Below are positions 1-11,700 of a DNA stretch of 64,000 nt, one piece after another. Location of the stretch: IMG/VR virus record IMGVR_UViG_3300034683_000333; one strand, written 5' to 3'. Numbering within the stretch: the stretch's first letter is position 1; each line of letters starts with the position of its first letter. The notes below the pieces were generated by a model. That model was not told the origin of the DNA and searched no databases. It saw only the letters and a list, made by a program, of their open reading frames with translations. The stretch comes from a virus. The position numbers were made by a program, and so were the translations under genes.

Positions 1-513
1 GTATTCTTTGCCACTAACTTCTGGATTAACTATTTTGTGTGTATCAAATGGTGCTATTTCAACAACAACTTTAGTAACTGGTAGTATCTTGGCTATTAAA
101 TTAACCAGTCTGATGTGTGCATCAACCCTCCATTGAACACTTGGTGCAAGCCATCCTTTGTATCGACGCCTGTTCAAAAATCTTGGTTTTCTATATCTTC
201 TCTTGCGATATCTTCTAAACCTTCTGTGTTCTCTTCTCTTCAGTAGCAACTTTCTGATATCTTGTCTAAGTTCAACTTCAGCACTGCACAATTCTTGTTT
301 GTTTGTTACTGCTGAAATACCAACTACTTTTGAACCAATGTCTATTCCGACAGTAACAGGTTGTGTATAGGTTGTAGTATCATACAATAGTTGAATTGTA
401 AATGGTTCTCTTCTAACAACTTTAGCAAGACCTTGTTTTAAAAGTCTTCTAACTTTACCATGTCTTTTTGTTGGCATAAGTGGTTTACCATCTTTTGAAA
501 TAACGTACACCAT
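1..513 (-). CDS. iscB: IscB RNA-guided endonuclease (RRXRR/PLMP N-terminus), 3' end runs off the window
   Basis: ATG at 513 after SD aaaggagg. Reads MVYVISKDGKPLMPTKRHGKVRRLLKQG...VTVGIDIGSK (RuvC-I)...RRFRRYRKRRYRKPRFLNRR...GWLAPSVQWRVDAHIRLV. Open to position 1, so it is absent from the ORF track. Both Trp codons are TGG. Confidence 0.92.
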   Translation of the reverse strand, partial: MVYVISKDGKPLMPTKRHGKVRRLLKQGLAKVVRREPFTIQLLYDTTTYTQPVTVGIDIGSKVVGISAVTNKQELCSAEVELRQDIRKLLLKRREHRRFRRYRKRRYRKPRFLNRRRYKGWLAPSVQWRVDAHIRLVNLIAKILPVTKVVVEIAPFDTHKIVNPEVSGKEY

Positions 514-519
514 ATGTGG

Positions 520-776
520 TAAGCCTCCTTTGAAGGAGTTAGGTGCTCATCCCCAATGTTAGACTGGCTTGTTAGGTATGTACCACTGTCCCTACCCCTC
601 AGGACTGTTTAGGTACATACGACAGAGCCTGGAACTTGAGCAGCATCCCAGGGTGTCATGACCAGTCTAACGTAGTCCGATAGGAAGATTAACTTCCCCT
701 GGCTGAGGGTAGTCAACTAGGGCTTGGCAAGCCCCCACTTCAAAAGCCGTTAGGCTTTAAGTGGTGGGTAGTTGAC
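520..776 (-). ncRNA. omegaRNA (HEARO-like) upstream of iscB
   Basis: Begins GTCAACTACCCACCAC and contains GTTGACTACCCTCAG, CTACGTT and ACATTGGGGATG, directly upstream of the iscB SD. A near-identical copy lies at 35913-36152. Confidence 0.85.
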
Positions 777-777
777 A

Positions 778-1625
778 ATGAATCTACATCCATCGATTTC
801 CATGTACTACGAATCCAACTTAAATCGCTGGTTTTTGCACCAGAAACCATAGCCACAAAATATTTATAACTATTCTAGTTTACCACGAAATGTTATTAAC
901 AATGTATATTTTGAATACAAGAATAAACGGTTGAGTTTTGAAAAGGTTCACATAATCATGACGGCCACTAATGACTGTCTAAGAGAATCCATGCACTCAA
1001 ACAAGATTATTGGAGATAAGCAACCACTTTTTTAGTTTGATGCTGGTAATGATCTCCCTTATGTTGAGTACCTGGCGAGTCTTCCAAATTCACACTTTAT
1101 TATACTTTATAGGAGAGACTTTAAAAAATACATTGATTCGGTGATCAATTGGGTACGTGGAGATTTTCCTAAAAAAAAAGAGAAATCTTACCCGAAGTGA
1201 AGTCCAGATTGTCTTCCTTTTCGTCCATTCCGTTGAGGTTATTAAAATCTATTGAAATTATATCCGATAGACCATGTTATGTGTGTTCCATAGAACAACT
1301 TTTTGAATCGTTTGAATATCACATAAACAATATGTATCAACTTGTCGATGTAAATAATATATGGACGTTTGAGGCGAAGAAGTATCCAGATGGTTACACA
1401 AAACAACTCAATGAGTTATTACATAAGAAATTTTTAAATTTTAGTATGCTCAAGGGGAAATATCATCATGCCAAATCGCTTACAAAAATAGACAATAAAC
1501 ATTTAACTGTATATAAGCATGAAAATATGATAAATCAATTATTAAGCAATCATCAAGACATTCACGAAATTAATGAATTGTACAATGAGCATATTTTACG
1601 TCTCAATCAATATGTTAAACCTTAA
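778..1625 (+). pseudogene. Sulfotransferase-like gene, lacking its N-terminus and split by a -1 frameshift at an A9 run (1171-1179)
   Basis: With TAG=W it reads MNLHPSISMYYESN...IIGDKQPLFWFD...HFIILYRRDFKKYIDSVINW, then shifts into ORF 1197..1625 (YVCSIEQLFESF). This resembles the Sulfotransfer_3 motifs HP.I..E, GDK.P and I..RD. The N-terminal P-loop (RSGT) is missing, probably cut off by the IscB element. Confidence 0.45.
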
Positions 1626-1690
1626 ACCAACAATTGCTTTGATTACTCAAGTATTGATAAATCATTTTTTGACGATTCTGAAAAAAATTC

Positions 1691-1719
1691 TTGACACGAT
1701 CGCTTCGTTATGATAAATT
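1691..1719 (+). promoter_or_regulatory. sigma70-type promoter (TTGACA-17-TAAATT with extended TG)
   Basis: TTGACA at 1691-1696, a 17-nt spacer ending TGA, TAAATT at 1714-1719, upstream of SD AGGAGGG and ATG 1766. Confidence 0.6.
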
Positions 1720-1765
1720 ACGATTAACAGTAAGGGTTGGATGACTCAAACATAGGAGGGCAATC

Positions 1766-2094
1766 ATGGAAAAGCGATTTCTTTTCAGCGATGTCGAAAG
1801 CGTTAAGAAGGAGATTGGGCAGATTCTTGATACTGTAGAACGTGGTAATCGGTCTCGTCTCATTGAACGTTGGTTTGTATTCGATTACTTGAATCTGCTC
1901 GAAGAGCACAATTACGGCTATAAGTCAAGTTGTTGGGTGAAGACGGGAATGCCTTTTTTATCCTCGGACAAGTGCGACGAGCACTCGTTCGAGCTGGGCA
2001 TCGTGATCTTGCCGAACAATACATAAAAGAGGCGACGAGTGGAGATTACGATCACCTGTTGAGAGTCACGATGAAATATGTAAACGTTTATTGA
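1766..2094 (+). CDS. Small conserved phage hypothetical protein with an apparent -1 frameshift near 1922
   Basis: The N-terminal half is in ORF 1766. Frame 1924..2094 reads VKLLGEDGNAFFILGQVRRALVRAGHRDLAEQYIKEATSGDYDHLLRVTMKYVNVY, a motif pattern I recognise from small phage proteins. One extra A in TATAA joins the two halves. Confidence 0.6.
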
Positions 2095-2112
2095 AAATTT
2101 AAACCAAAAATG

Positions 2113-2141
2113 AGGCCGCCGAATCTTCGGCGGCTTTTTTA
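2113..2141. terminator. Rho-independent terminator between convergent genes
   Basis: GCCGCCGAA-TC-TTCGGCGGC followed by a T tract. Confidence 0.8.
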
Positions 2142-2948
2142 TTTACAAAACGACCACAAAAGGAAGGCGACCGATGCCACGGAATCAATGTCACCCCCCA
2201 TCTTTATACATGTGTTCATAATCGAATGAAGTTGATCGATTTCATTTTCCTTCTTTTCGGCAAAATGGAGTGCCATAACAGCGTACATGTATGTATTTTT
2301 TACAGTTGTGTTGATTGGATGATATCGACAAAATTCTTCCATTGTAAGTTTGTGATAATGTCCTTTCAGTTTTGGATATTTTTTTGTTTCTTTACACTGT
2401 TTGATATGGTCAACCATTAAATTGATGACTTCATCAACTTCTTTGTGGTGATGAGTTAAATTTACGTATCTGTGAATAATCCATTTAATTTCCCGTTCAC
2501 TGAAATTTCCAAACGTTTCATATGTTTTCATCACTGGATAAATGAGAACAATTGCTCCGTTTCCACACGAATTGGCATCCATGGAAATTTCATAAATTTT
2601 TTGCAATTTAGTTTTGTGGTTATCAGGTAGTTTTTTGAGATAGTCAATCAGCAAGAAAAAGTTTTGCCAAGTTTTTCCATATCGAGTTGCACGACGGTTT
2701 TGCGCCAAGTAAAGGCACCAATCCCATAGTGTTTTGTCAAGATCATCTTGAATTTTTTTATTTTTTACAAATTCATAGAAGCACCGAACGATATCCGATT
2801 CATCTGAACCAAATGTGTCTGGTGTATCAGCAATCCTTAGAAATTTTTCTTTTGATATCCTTGTATCTGATAAATCGTAAGCCACGCCGGTTTCATAGTG
2901 TTTTCCAATTTTATCACCCAACATAAAGTAACGAATATGACGATCCAT
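2139..2948 (-). CDS. ADP-ribosylglycohydrolase (DraG/ARH family)
   Basis: Motifs MLGDKIG, SDES, NSCGNGA...IYP, LTHHH and MGGDIDSVASVA. No TAG; ends TAA. Confidence 0.85.
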   Translation of the reverse strand: MDRHIRYFMLGDKIGKHYETGVAYDLSDTRISKEKFLRIADTPDTFGSDESDIVRCFYEFVKNKKIQDDLDKTLWDWCLYLAQNRRATRYGKTWQNFFLLIDYLKKLPDNHKTKLQKIYEISMDANSCGNGAIVLIYPVMKTYETFGNFSEREIKWIIHRYVNLTHHHKEVDEVINLMVDHIKQCKETKKYPKLKGHYHKLTMEEFCRYHPINTTVKNTYMYAVMALHFAEKKENEIDQLHSIMNTCIKMGGDIDSVASVAFLLWSFCK

Positions 2949-2959
2949 AAACTACTCCA

Positions 2960-3529
2960 TTAGTCTTCTATGGGTTTTTCTAGATTCTTGATATGATTAT
3001 CCAACTCTTCAAAATACTTATAAATTTCGTCCATATACTTTTCGCTAAATTCCGTTCCAGATTTGAAAAAGGATAACTTGAGTGCTGGCTTTTCGGTTTG
3101 TTTATTTGCTACATTTTCTCTTGCGATATTTAGTGATTGAAGCGGAATCTGATAAACAGACGCCAATGCTACATCAATAAGGTCATATCCAAGCAGGTAA
3201 CTATCTAACTCCTCAGTTTTCATACCACGAAAATCGTATTTACCATCAACGTATTCTTCCGTGTAGAATTCGTAGTCGTCTCCCAGGATATTGAGTTTTA
3301 CCTTTTTCAAAACAATAGGTTTTTTATACTCTGGAGATTTATATCCAGTTTTGAAAACCGCTTCTTTTCCGTGTTTTCCCACGAGTTTTTCAATTGCCGT
3401 TTTGTATCTTTCCGTTTCAACTTCTTCTTTGTATTTTGCAACTTTATCACGAAGTTTCTTTTTAATTTTATCCTTGATTTCTGGTGGTGCATGATCTATT
3501 GTATTGGTATACATAAATTTAGATTCCAT
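2960..3529 (-). CDS. Hypothetical protein (189 aa)
   Basis: Clean ORF with SD GGGAGA, ends TAA. Confidence 0.75.
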   Translation of the reverse strand: MESKFMYTNTIDHAPPEIKDKIKKKLRDKVAKYKEEVETERYKTAIEKLVGKHGKEAVFKTGYKSPEYKKPIVLKKVKLNILGDDYEFYTEEYVDGKYDFRGMKTEELDSYLLGYDLIDVALASVYQIPLQSLNIARENVANKQTEKPALKLSFFKSGTEFSEKYMDEIYKYFEELDNHIKNLEKPIED

Positions 3530-3546
3530 TTTTGTCTCCCTTTTGA

Positions 3547-4896
3547 TTATGTTCTTGGTGTTCTGTCAATCTTTTTGGGTCTTTTGTAAGCCATGGTGAA
3601 CAATTCCTTTTCTTTCTGAAGTGCTCTCCTGATATAATAGTCGTATTCGTTAATGTTGTCAACCTTTTTATACTTGCTCATCAATAATTGGTATTCAGAT
3701 TCATCAACAACGCCTTTAATTCCATGTTTTGTAAACTCTTCCTTGATGGTTTCGATTCGACTGTTCTATGTCTTAATATCTTTCAAATCTTTATTCTTTT
3801 TGCTAATATAGTCTGGAACGTGATAAACGTAAAGATTCCTTGTGTCGGGTTCGTATGTGGCACCCTCAACACCGTGCTTTAAGAGGATGTCGAACGCATC
3901 TTTTTCGGATAGGCCGGATTCACCCAAATTGAGTTTGAGTGATTTCCCCACTTCTTTTCCGATCTGCATATCTTCGATATCGAGTTTCGTAAGTTCGGTA
4001 ACGATACCCGCATCTTGGTCAAAAGTTTTGAGAAAGAGGGCAACTCTACCTAAAATGATGTCGGGGTCACCCGAAAGTGTCAACTCCATCGAACCCTCAT
4101 GGCCGCCGTCCCACATACCATGAGTGTATTTCACCTCCTCGATGTCAATAAATGGGCTGTCGAGTGCCGTATCCAATGTTCCGTTCATGATATCCCAAAT
4201 CTTCGACCAATCTCCCGTCTCTTGTGCCTCCTTCGTGTATTTTACGATCTTTCGAAGGTTCTTCTTCATGGTCTCCTCTCTTGCCGCCGAAAGATTGACC
4301 TTGAACTTTCTGGCCCTAGTCACATCAAAGGGACGAAACATGGCGATCGCATTGCGCTTGTCATCCATTTTATAGTGCATTCCTGCAAATCCACGCTCCA
4401 TGAGTTCCCGTTCGGTCTGGGTCAACGCTTCAGCGCCACCCCAAGCATTTTCCTTCCAATATTTGGCGATTCCGAGTTCGTCTTTTTGAAGATCATAAAT
4501 CTGGTCCCTTGAAATGACGCCGTAGTATTTGGGAAGATTTTTAAAACGATCCTCCGGCTCGCTTCCGGCTGAATAGTAGTAGATGCGGTCAACGTAAATG
4601 TCGGGAAATTGCATCTGACGTTTACGTTCTGCGCCCTGTTGTCCCTTTCCGTGGTATTTTGGATCGAGGGTTTTGAGGCTTTGTTTTCGTGAGTAATGTT
4701 CCAGATACATGAGATTTTTCGTGTCTTTCTTTCCTGGTTTCACTTCATTTGGGTTCACCCAACGGTGGGCAAAATAGTATCCCTTTTCTGTCCTTGGGTC
4801 CTTCACCATTACCCGCTTGAGTAACTTTGCCGCTTTTTTCGTGCTTTTGTCTGCTACACGCCATTTTATATTTACTTTGATAAGTTTTTTATTCAT
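3547..4896 (-). CDS. Putative virion-associated protein (449 aa) with a basic N-terminus and a possible ART-fold domain; 1 in-frame TAG
   Basis: ORF 3766..4896 ends at TAG but continues open to TAA at 3547, just before the next gene's SD. Motifs include HRWVNPNE and HYSRKQSLKTLDPKYHGKGQQGAERKR...RIYYY...EPE. Confidence 0.75.
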
Positions 4897-4923
4897 GTTT
4901 TTCCTCCATATCCGATATCATTA

Positions 4924-6777
4924 TTACTCTAAAATATATTCGAACTCTTTCTTTATTTTGCTAGTAAGATCATATAGTACATCAAAATCAAATTGATTAT
5001 ATGTACTTCCATACAAATAAGACGGATTGTTATTTAGCTATTTGTCGTAAAATTCTCGCTCAATAATTTTCTCTAAATGTTCTTCTGTGTATTTATCCAT
5101 CAATTTATTTAAATCATTAAGAGTGGTTTTTTCTATTATTTGTTTAATTAGTTTATTAACATGAGTGTCAAGTCTTTCAATTTTACCATCTTTGAAATCA
5201 CTAATAAGTGTTTTAATTGTATCATAATATTTATTATCTTTATCAGCCTACTTTATTTTCTTCATCTATTCTTTAACATCTTCATCGTCCATGTAGTATT
5301 GTCCTTGATATTTTATATCCGTAAGAACATCAACGATATCTCGTTCTCTATTGTTAATCCATTTTTCATATAGTTGATTTAGTTGTTGATATGTTTCTGT
5401 ATTTTTAACATTTTCTTTCATTTCATCGTAGGTAATCTTCGTTTTGTTAATTCTGTCGTAATTGTTAACAAACGCTTCTAATGTTTTTGCCTATGATTCT
5501 CTACCATATACCTTATTCTCTTCCCAGTTCTTGAATTTTTGGCCATCATACTAAAGACTTATGCGTGCCTCTTTGTTTCCATTATTATCCGCCATAAAAA
5601 CAACCCAGTCACCAGAACGATGAAGATTTGTGCTGGCGAGAAGATTGTAGTTATATATACTAACATTAACCATTTTTTTATCTCTAATCGATTGACAACT
5701 TGCAAATCGGTCGGATGGTGATATCGTTATAAATGCCAATGGATTTTTAGAAAAATAGACATAATCCTTATTCGGATCATTTACATCTTTTAATAGTGAT
5801 TGTATTTTTTGTTCAAGTTGTTCCTATTTTTTTAAGCGTTCTTTTGTAAATTCGTACTTTGGTATGGATTTGTTTTTTATGAGGTCGGTTGCCGAGATGA
5901 CCAACTATTTTGCATCCGCATTTCCGAACTATTCGTAGAGTTCTTTGATCCTTGGATCATCGGAAATGTGATTTCTGAGCGCCGTTTTGAAGTGCTTTCG
6001 GATCATTTCCGGGTCGCCTACTACGGCCTCGATATCGGGGTCCTACATTTTTTCTTTCAGCGAATTGAGATTAAGTTTCGTGAGAAGCATGTCTGATAGT
6101 TCCTTTTTTCTGCTTATTGGATTGGAAAAAATTATGGCCTTATAAAGATGTTTTTTAATAGCTTTGGGACCGTATTTTTGATATGCATTGTTCATTCTGA
6201 TTATTTGCGATATCTATTGAGTTTCATGATCGTCAAACAATTCCGAAATACTATCCTGAAAGTCAATATCATATACAAGTGAATCAAGTTTTTCTTTTTC
6301 AGACATATTGTGTTTTACTTTTATCGTAAATGGGTCAATTCGCTCAATTTCTTCGAAATCTTTATGTAAAATTTTTTCCATCTCATCTACTTTAACAACG
6401 ATATCTTTATACCACTCTTTACTTGATAATAATTCAGCTAGCTCACGTGGATATTTATGTGCTGGAATACCGGAAAATAACTCCTTAGATTTGTGAACTA
6501 TATCATTCTAAAAGTCAAATGATACTATTTCATCAACATCACTTCCGGTGAGTTTGCGAAATAGATTGTCAATAATAGTCCATGAAGTGGCTACATCGTC
6601 TCCATGAGAGTTTTGTGATATAATATTATCAACTTCATTAAACTAGTATATACTATCCATTTGTTTTTGTTCTACACCAATGGCCGTTTCTTGTAATCGC
6701 TTATGAGCTTTTACAAGTTTACCTTCTCTCAAATGAGGTTTTACGTTTACGAGTTTTTTTGTTTTTGGTCTTTTCAT
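4924..6777 (-). CDS. Hypothetical protein, 617 aa, paralog B (multiple in-frame TAG)
   Basis: One frame from ATG 6777 (MKRPKTKKLVNVKPHLREGKLVKAHKRLQE) to TAA 4924 when TAG is read through. Aligns along its length with 6789..8642, for example YVYFSKNPLAFITISPSDRFASCQSIR. Confidence 0.8.
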
Positions 6778-6788
6778 ATTTTTTATTT

Positions 6789-8642
6789 TCAATAATTAAC
6801 TAGTTTTGTTCCAGTCATCCATTCCCATTCTTCATTTATTTCATCTATAAGCTCATTGAAATCATCAGAATAGGATTCAGACAAAGTTTCATTATATCCA
6901 TACAGAAAAGAAGGATTTTGCTCACTAAATAATTGTTGATTTATTTCTTCTTCTAGCTCGCTAAGCATATCATGATAATCTCTATCATGTAGCATCTAGT
7001 AAACTTCATTTAACGAAGAAAGTTCTGTAATTTCGTTTTCAACTTCGTGAATCATATCATCAAAATATTTTATATCTCCGTTTTTCTATTCCTCAATTTT
7101 TTGTTGAATATCATCATACCAATTACCACCGCTATCCACTCTTTTAATTTTTTCAAGATAATAGTCTATTGTGTCCATATCATCTTCATTTCCAACCATT
7201 TCACGTAGATATCTAACAATATCACGTTCTTCACTATTTTTCCAGTCATTCCAATGGCTAGCCAAGTCGTCATATAACCCGGTTTTTCTTAATAATTCTG
7301 AACCGTTTATATCTGGTGGATGATCTGATATGCGATCATAATTGTGATAAAAACTTGATAAGAGTGATGACCAATTTCCAGTACCATAGATTGATCCTCT
7401 TTCGTGGTTGTAAAACTTTTCTCCATCCCACTACAGGCTTACTCTTGCTTCTTTTTCACCTTTCTCATTAGCCATGAACGCAATCCAGTCACCAGAATCA
7501 CTAAGATTGACTGCCGCAAGCACGTTATAGTTGTTTTCACCAAGTGAAACATAGTCACGGTGTCGGATGGATTGACAACTTGCAAATCGATCTGCTGGTG
7601 ACATTGTAATAAATGCTAGTGGGTTTTTCGAAAAATAGACATATCTATTGGTGCCTGTGCTTATTTTATTGAATCCGGCCTGTAGTTTTTGTTCATATTG
7701 ATTCTACAGTTTCATATTATTATCATTAAATTTATAGTCCGGTATTTCTTTGTTTTTAATGAGACCTGTAGCGGCAATCACAAGCGATTTAGCATCTGCA
7801 CTGGAAAATGCATCATATAATTTTTTTACTGTAGGATCACCTAAGTGGGTTTTGAGTGCTGTTTTGAAGTGTTTTCGGATGACTTCTGGGTCGCCCACGA
7901 CAGCCTCTATGTCTTCGTCCCACATATTTTTCTTTAATGTTTCTAAATTCAATTTCGCTAACAGTTCATTTGGTAGTTGTTTATCACTTGGTGATTCTGT
8001 TAGCGTTATGGCTTTATAAAGGTGTTTTTTTATGGCTTTTGGACCATATTTTTCATGTGCTTTCTTGAGTCTTTCCATTTGTTCCATTAAAAGTACCCGC
8101 ATTCCACCAAATAATTTTTCAACGATATCGACCAAATCGTATCGGAAATCATCTAATAATTGATTATTTTCAATTGTATCTGTTTCAATGCGAATTGTAA
8201 AAGGATCTTCACGCTTTACATTATTAAAATCTTTAACCAAGATTTCTTGCATACGATCAACTTCATCAATTATGTCTCGGTAAAAATCTTCGTCAATGAT
8301 AAGGTCTGCCAATTCGGATGGATGATGACGAGCCATTACATTCGCTTTGTTCTATTTAGCATCCTCTAATAAATCTTTCCACATACGAGGTTCTTTAAAT
8401 TCATCAACATCGCTTCCCAAAAGCCTTCTAAAGTTTTTGTCGATAACTTCCCATGATAAATCTTCAATATCTTCATTTTTTTGTGATATGTTATCAATTT
8501 CACTTAACTATCGTTCAGTGTCTTGCTTTGTCTATTCTTTGTCAACAACTTTTTCTTGAAGTCGTTTGTGACTCTTAACAAGCTTTCCTTTGCGTGTATG
8601 TGATTTAACCTGAACAAGTTGTTTTGCTTTCGGGTGTTTCAT
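6789..8642 (-). CDS. Hypothetical protein, 617 aa, paralog A (multiple in-frame TAG)
   Basis: ATG 8642 (SD AAGGAAGG; MKHPKAKQLVQVKSHTRKGKLVKSHKRLQE). Joins ORFs 7704..8336 and 6789..6995 in one frame; ends TGA. Confidence 0.8.
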
Positions 8643-8659
8643 TATATTACCTTCCTTTC

Positions 8660-9034
8660 TTAAGCAAATGTGCCACAGTCGATATGAGCTAATTCGTATT
8701 CACTTGTTGTTCCATCTGTTGAATCAATTTTGAGAAGTTCGTTGAGCATCCAAATGTTACTTTCCACCTATTCATTTCCCATATCGATGAAGATCGTTCC
8801 GTGTCGTTCTCCACGGGTGACGACAAACATTCGTCCACGTTTACCTGGAGATGGAAGATTATCGTCGTGCCCACTCAGGATTTCTCCGGTTAGTTGCATG
8901 AATTTTCCACCTAGATATTTCAAGCTCCCAGTCGGGAGCTTTACTGCTTTATCAACTAGACTCCAACTATCGGGGAGTCCAATGAGTACATCTTCGTCTC
9001 CACTTAATCCACACACGAATAATATTTGAGGCAT
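8660..9034 (-). CDS. Small tail-fibre-related protein (124 aa), 1 TAG
   Basis: ORF 8768..9034 extends through TAG to ...IDCGTFA-TAA. Shares the PSPG..GR.F...DxG..W module and the DCGT C-terminus with 26242..27213. Confidence 0.7.
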
Positions 9035-9129
9035 GGAATCATCCTCCTTATTTCTGTTTATTTGTATTCTCCTAAATTAGTTTTTTCTTCAACTAATTAT
9101 GTAAGTTAAGAACTATTGGAGTTATTTGC

Positions 9130-9522
9130 ATGATTACGACTCACCAACTTGGTCAAAAAATTTCTAGCGATTGGAGATCTTGTAAGGTGCCAGTTAGAAC
9201 CATTTTTACAAGTGTACCAGGATTAACTGAAAAATTTGATATTGACGATTATGAACGATTATTATTTCAGTTTAAATTTAAGTCAAATTCAGATAATTTA
9301 ATTTTTAGACTGCTATTTTAGGATGTGAATAACAGATATCTTGGGTGTAGTAGTGTCTATAATGTAGGTGCTAATCCAATATTATTTGATGACGATTTAA
9401 CACATCCGTTTGTATCAACGTCATTGTTACTGTCGAACGAAATTGGATCTGCAAAGGTGTCGTTATTTACTTATAACGCACCTTTATATGGTTCGTGTAA
9501 AATAAATTTATATAAAAAATAA
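9130..9522 (+). CDS. Hypothetical virion protein (130 aa), 1 TAG
   Basis: ORFs 9130..9321 and 9325..9522 join across one TAG. RLLF[TAG]DVNNRYLG resembles MLEFYDMSGNFIG in 12498..12893. Confidence 0.7.
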
Positions 9523-9541
9523 GACTATAAGGGGTTATCTT

Positions 9542-10591
9542 ATGGCACTCCTTTTTATTGAAGGTTTTGAAACAGAAGAAAATATAGCATAGAATTGGAA
9601 CGTTGTTGGTACCCAGCCAACGTGGGAAATTGTTGTAGATAATGTGCGTAGTGGCCTTCGTTCCATGAGACTTACTAAGTATGGAAGTAGTTATGGTTAT
9701 TGGACATCAATGCAGAAATATATAACAAATGATACGACACGATTATGTGTTTCATTTGTTGTGAATCTGAGTCGTATTTCAAACAATAATAACTATATTT
9801 TTGTTATGGGAAACGATGATCGTTGGGTAAAAATTTATACAAAGGATGGTTATCTTAAAGCATATGGTTTGAATTCTGTTGGATTATCAGAATATTTATT
9901 ACAATCTGGTGCCTCGATTATAAGTGCAAATACTTGGTATCCAATTGAAATTGAATATATTAATGGTTCATCGGATGGGACCGTGAAGGCGTAGATGGAT
10001 TATACAACACCACTTTTTGATATTACCAGTTCTGATTTAAACTTATCTCAGAATCCAAACTGGGTTGAATTTCGATCACAAACCACAGATGATTATCAAT
10101 TATCCATTTAGTTAGATGATATTTATATATTTAACGATACACCACCAGATAACACGTTTCTTGGATGTGTTTCTATTGCTGGATCAAGAGTTGTGAATCT
10201 TGGATAGATTAATGATTTTACTGCATATGGTAACACAACGAAGCCATATAAAAACCTAAAAGAAATGTTTGGAGACACAACAACTTATCTTTATTCAACA
10301 ACGCCGGGTCAAGTTCAGTTGTTCGATGTAGAGAGTTTACCATCTATTGGGGATTTAATTGCTGTACAAACTGCTTATCATGTAGCCAAGTATGATGAAT
10401 TTTCTGGAAATGTACTAGCTGACCTTTTGATTGCACAAGACAGTACGACTTTTCATTCTGAAAGTGTTTTACTTACAGACCACGAATTTGAAAATTTTAC
10501 ATATATTTATAGACAAAATCCTTTGTTGTTAACCGATTAGACTAGCGAGGATTATAACAATTACCAATTAGGAATAAAATTTATTTCTTGA
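9542..10591 (+). CDS. LamG/ConA-like beta-sandwich virion protein (349 aa), several TAG
   Basis: MALLFIEGFE... is one frame through the TAGs to TGA 10591. Paralog of 10618..11691; NPLLLTD[TAG] aligns with NPITGLAW. Confidence 0.75.
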
Positions 10592-10617
10592 TACAATATG
10601 AATCAAAGGAGTTAATT

Positions 10618-11691
10618 ATGGCACTTTTATATTTTGATGGATTTGAAACTGAACATAGTATGGGTTATAAAGGATAGAGTAGTAGTTCTTATTATGCATA
10701 TTCACAACAATCAAATTCTGTTGTTCATAGTGGGAATTATTCCTTTCGTGTATGGCTTAATTATAATAGTGATAATTATAACATAGAATATTATAGAACA
10801 TTTTCTAACATGGATTCATCAACGATTATAGTTGGATTTGGACTTTATTATTCAAAAAATGAAAAATTTATAAATGGTTTCCCAATTATAACGTTAGGTG
10901 ATGAGGCAAATAGCCGTCGTATAAAATTAACTCAGGATTCGGACAGCTATCTTTTAGTTACTGATTTTGGAAGTATTGGTACTAATAGTATAATAGCAAA
11001 GTCTACTCTTCCACTTGGACCAAACGCATGGCATTATATACAAATTAAATACGTACAACACCCTGTTAATGGCGAACTAAAGGTTTTAATTGGTAATGAG
11101 CTTGTCATTGATGTGACACATCAAGATTTTCACAGCAATCTAAATATACCAAATTACGTGAAATTCTTAGGACGTGATCGTATTGATGGTATATTTGATG
11201 TATACTTTGATGACATGTATTTTCTTGATGGTAATCCACCACTTAATGATTTTCTTGGTGTTTGTAACATCATAGGTTTAATGCCATCCGACGAAGGTTA
11301 TCAAAATGATTTTGAAGTATATAATGCGCCAGATCATACAGCGGCACTCAGTGAACTTGTTGCTGATTCTAATACATATATTTGGAGTGCAATATTTGAT
11401 TCAAAAGTGCTTTTTAAAAAGCCTGTCGTTGATACAACTGGGAATATTGTAGCCGTATCGATCGAAGACTGGGCGGCCAGGAGTGATGCCGGATCTGGGT
11501 TTGGAAAATACCGGTACCTACTTCGTGATTCTACGGGAAATGAATGGCTTGGGGATGAGTTTGTTTTAAACTCTTCTACTTTTTCAAGACACTTGCAATA
11601 TTTATATAATAATCCGATTACTGGTCTAGCATGGGATACAACTTCATTAAATGATTTGGAATTTGGACTGAAAGTAACGCAAGTAGAGTGA
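10618..11691 (+). CDS. LamG/ConA-like beta-sandwich virion protein (357 aa), 1 TAG
   Basis: SD AAAGGAG, MALLYFDGFE..., one TAG near 10677, in frame with ORF 10810..11691; ends TGA. Confidence 0.8.
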
Positions 11692-11700
11692 GAGAATAAA

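Larger units (their letters stand above)
1..776 (-). mobile_element. IS200/IS605-superfamily IscB (OMEGA) element, partial
   Basis: omegaRNA plus iscB. The element end at 776 abuts an apparently interrupted + strand gene. Confidence 0.85.
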
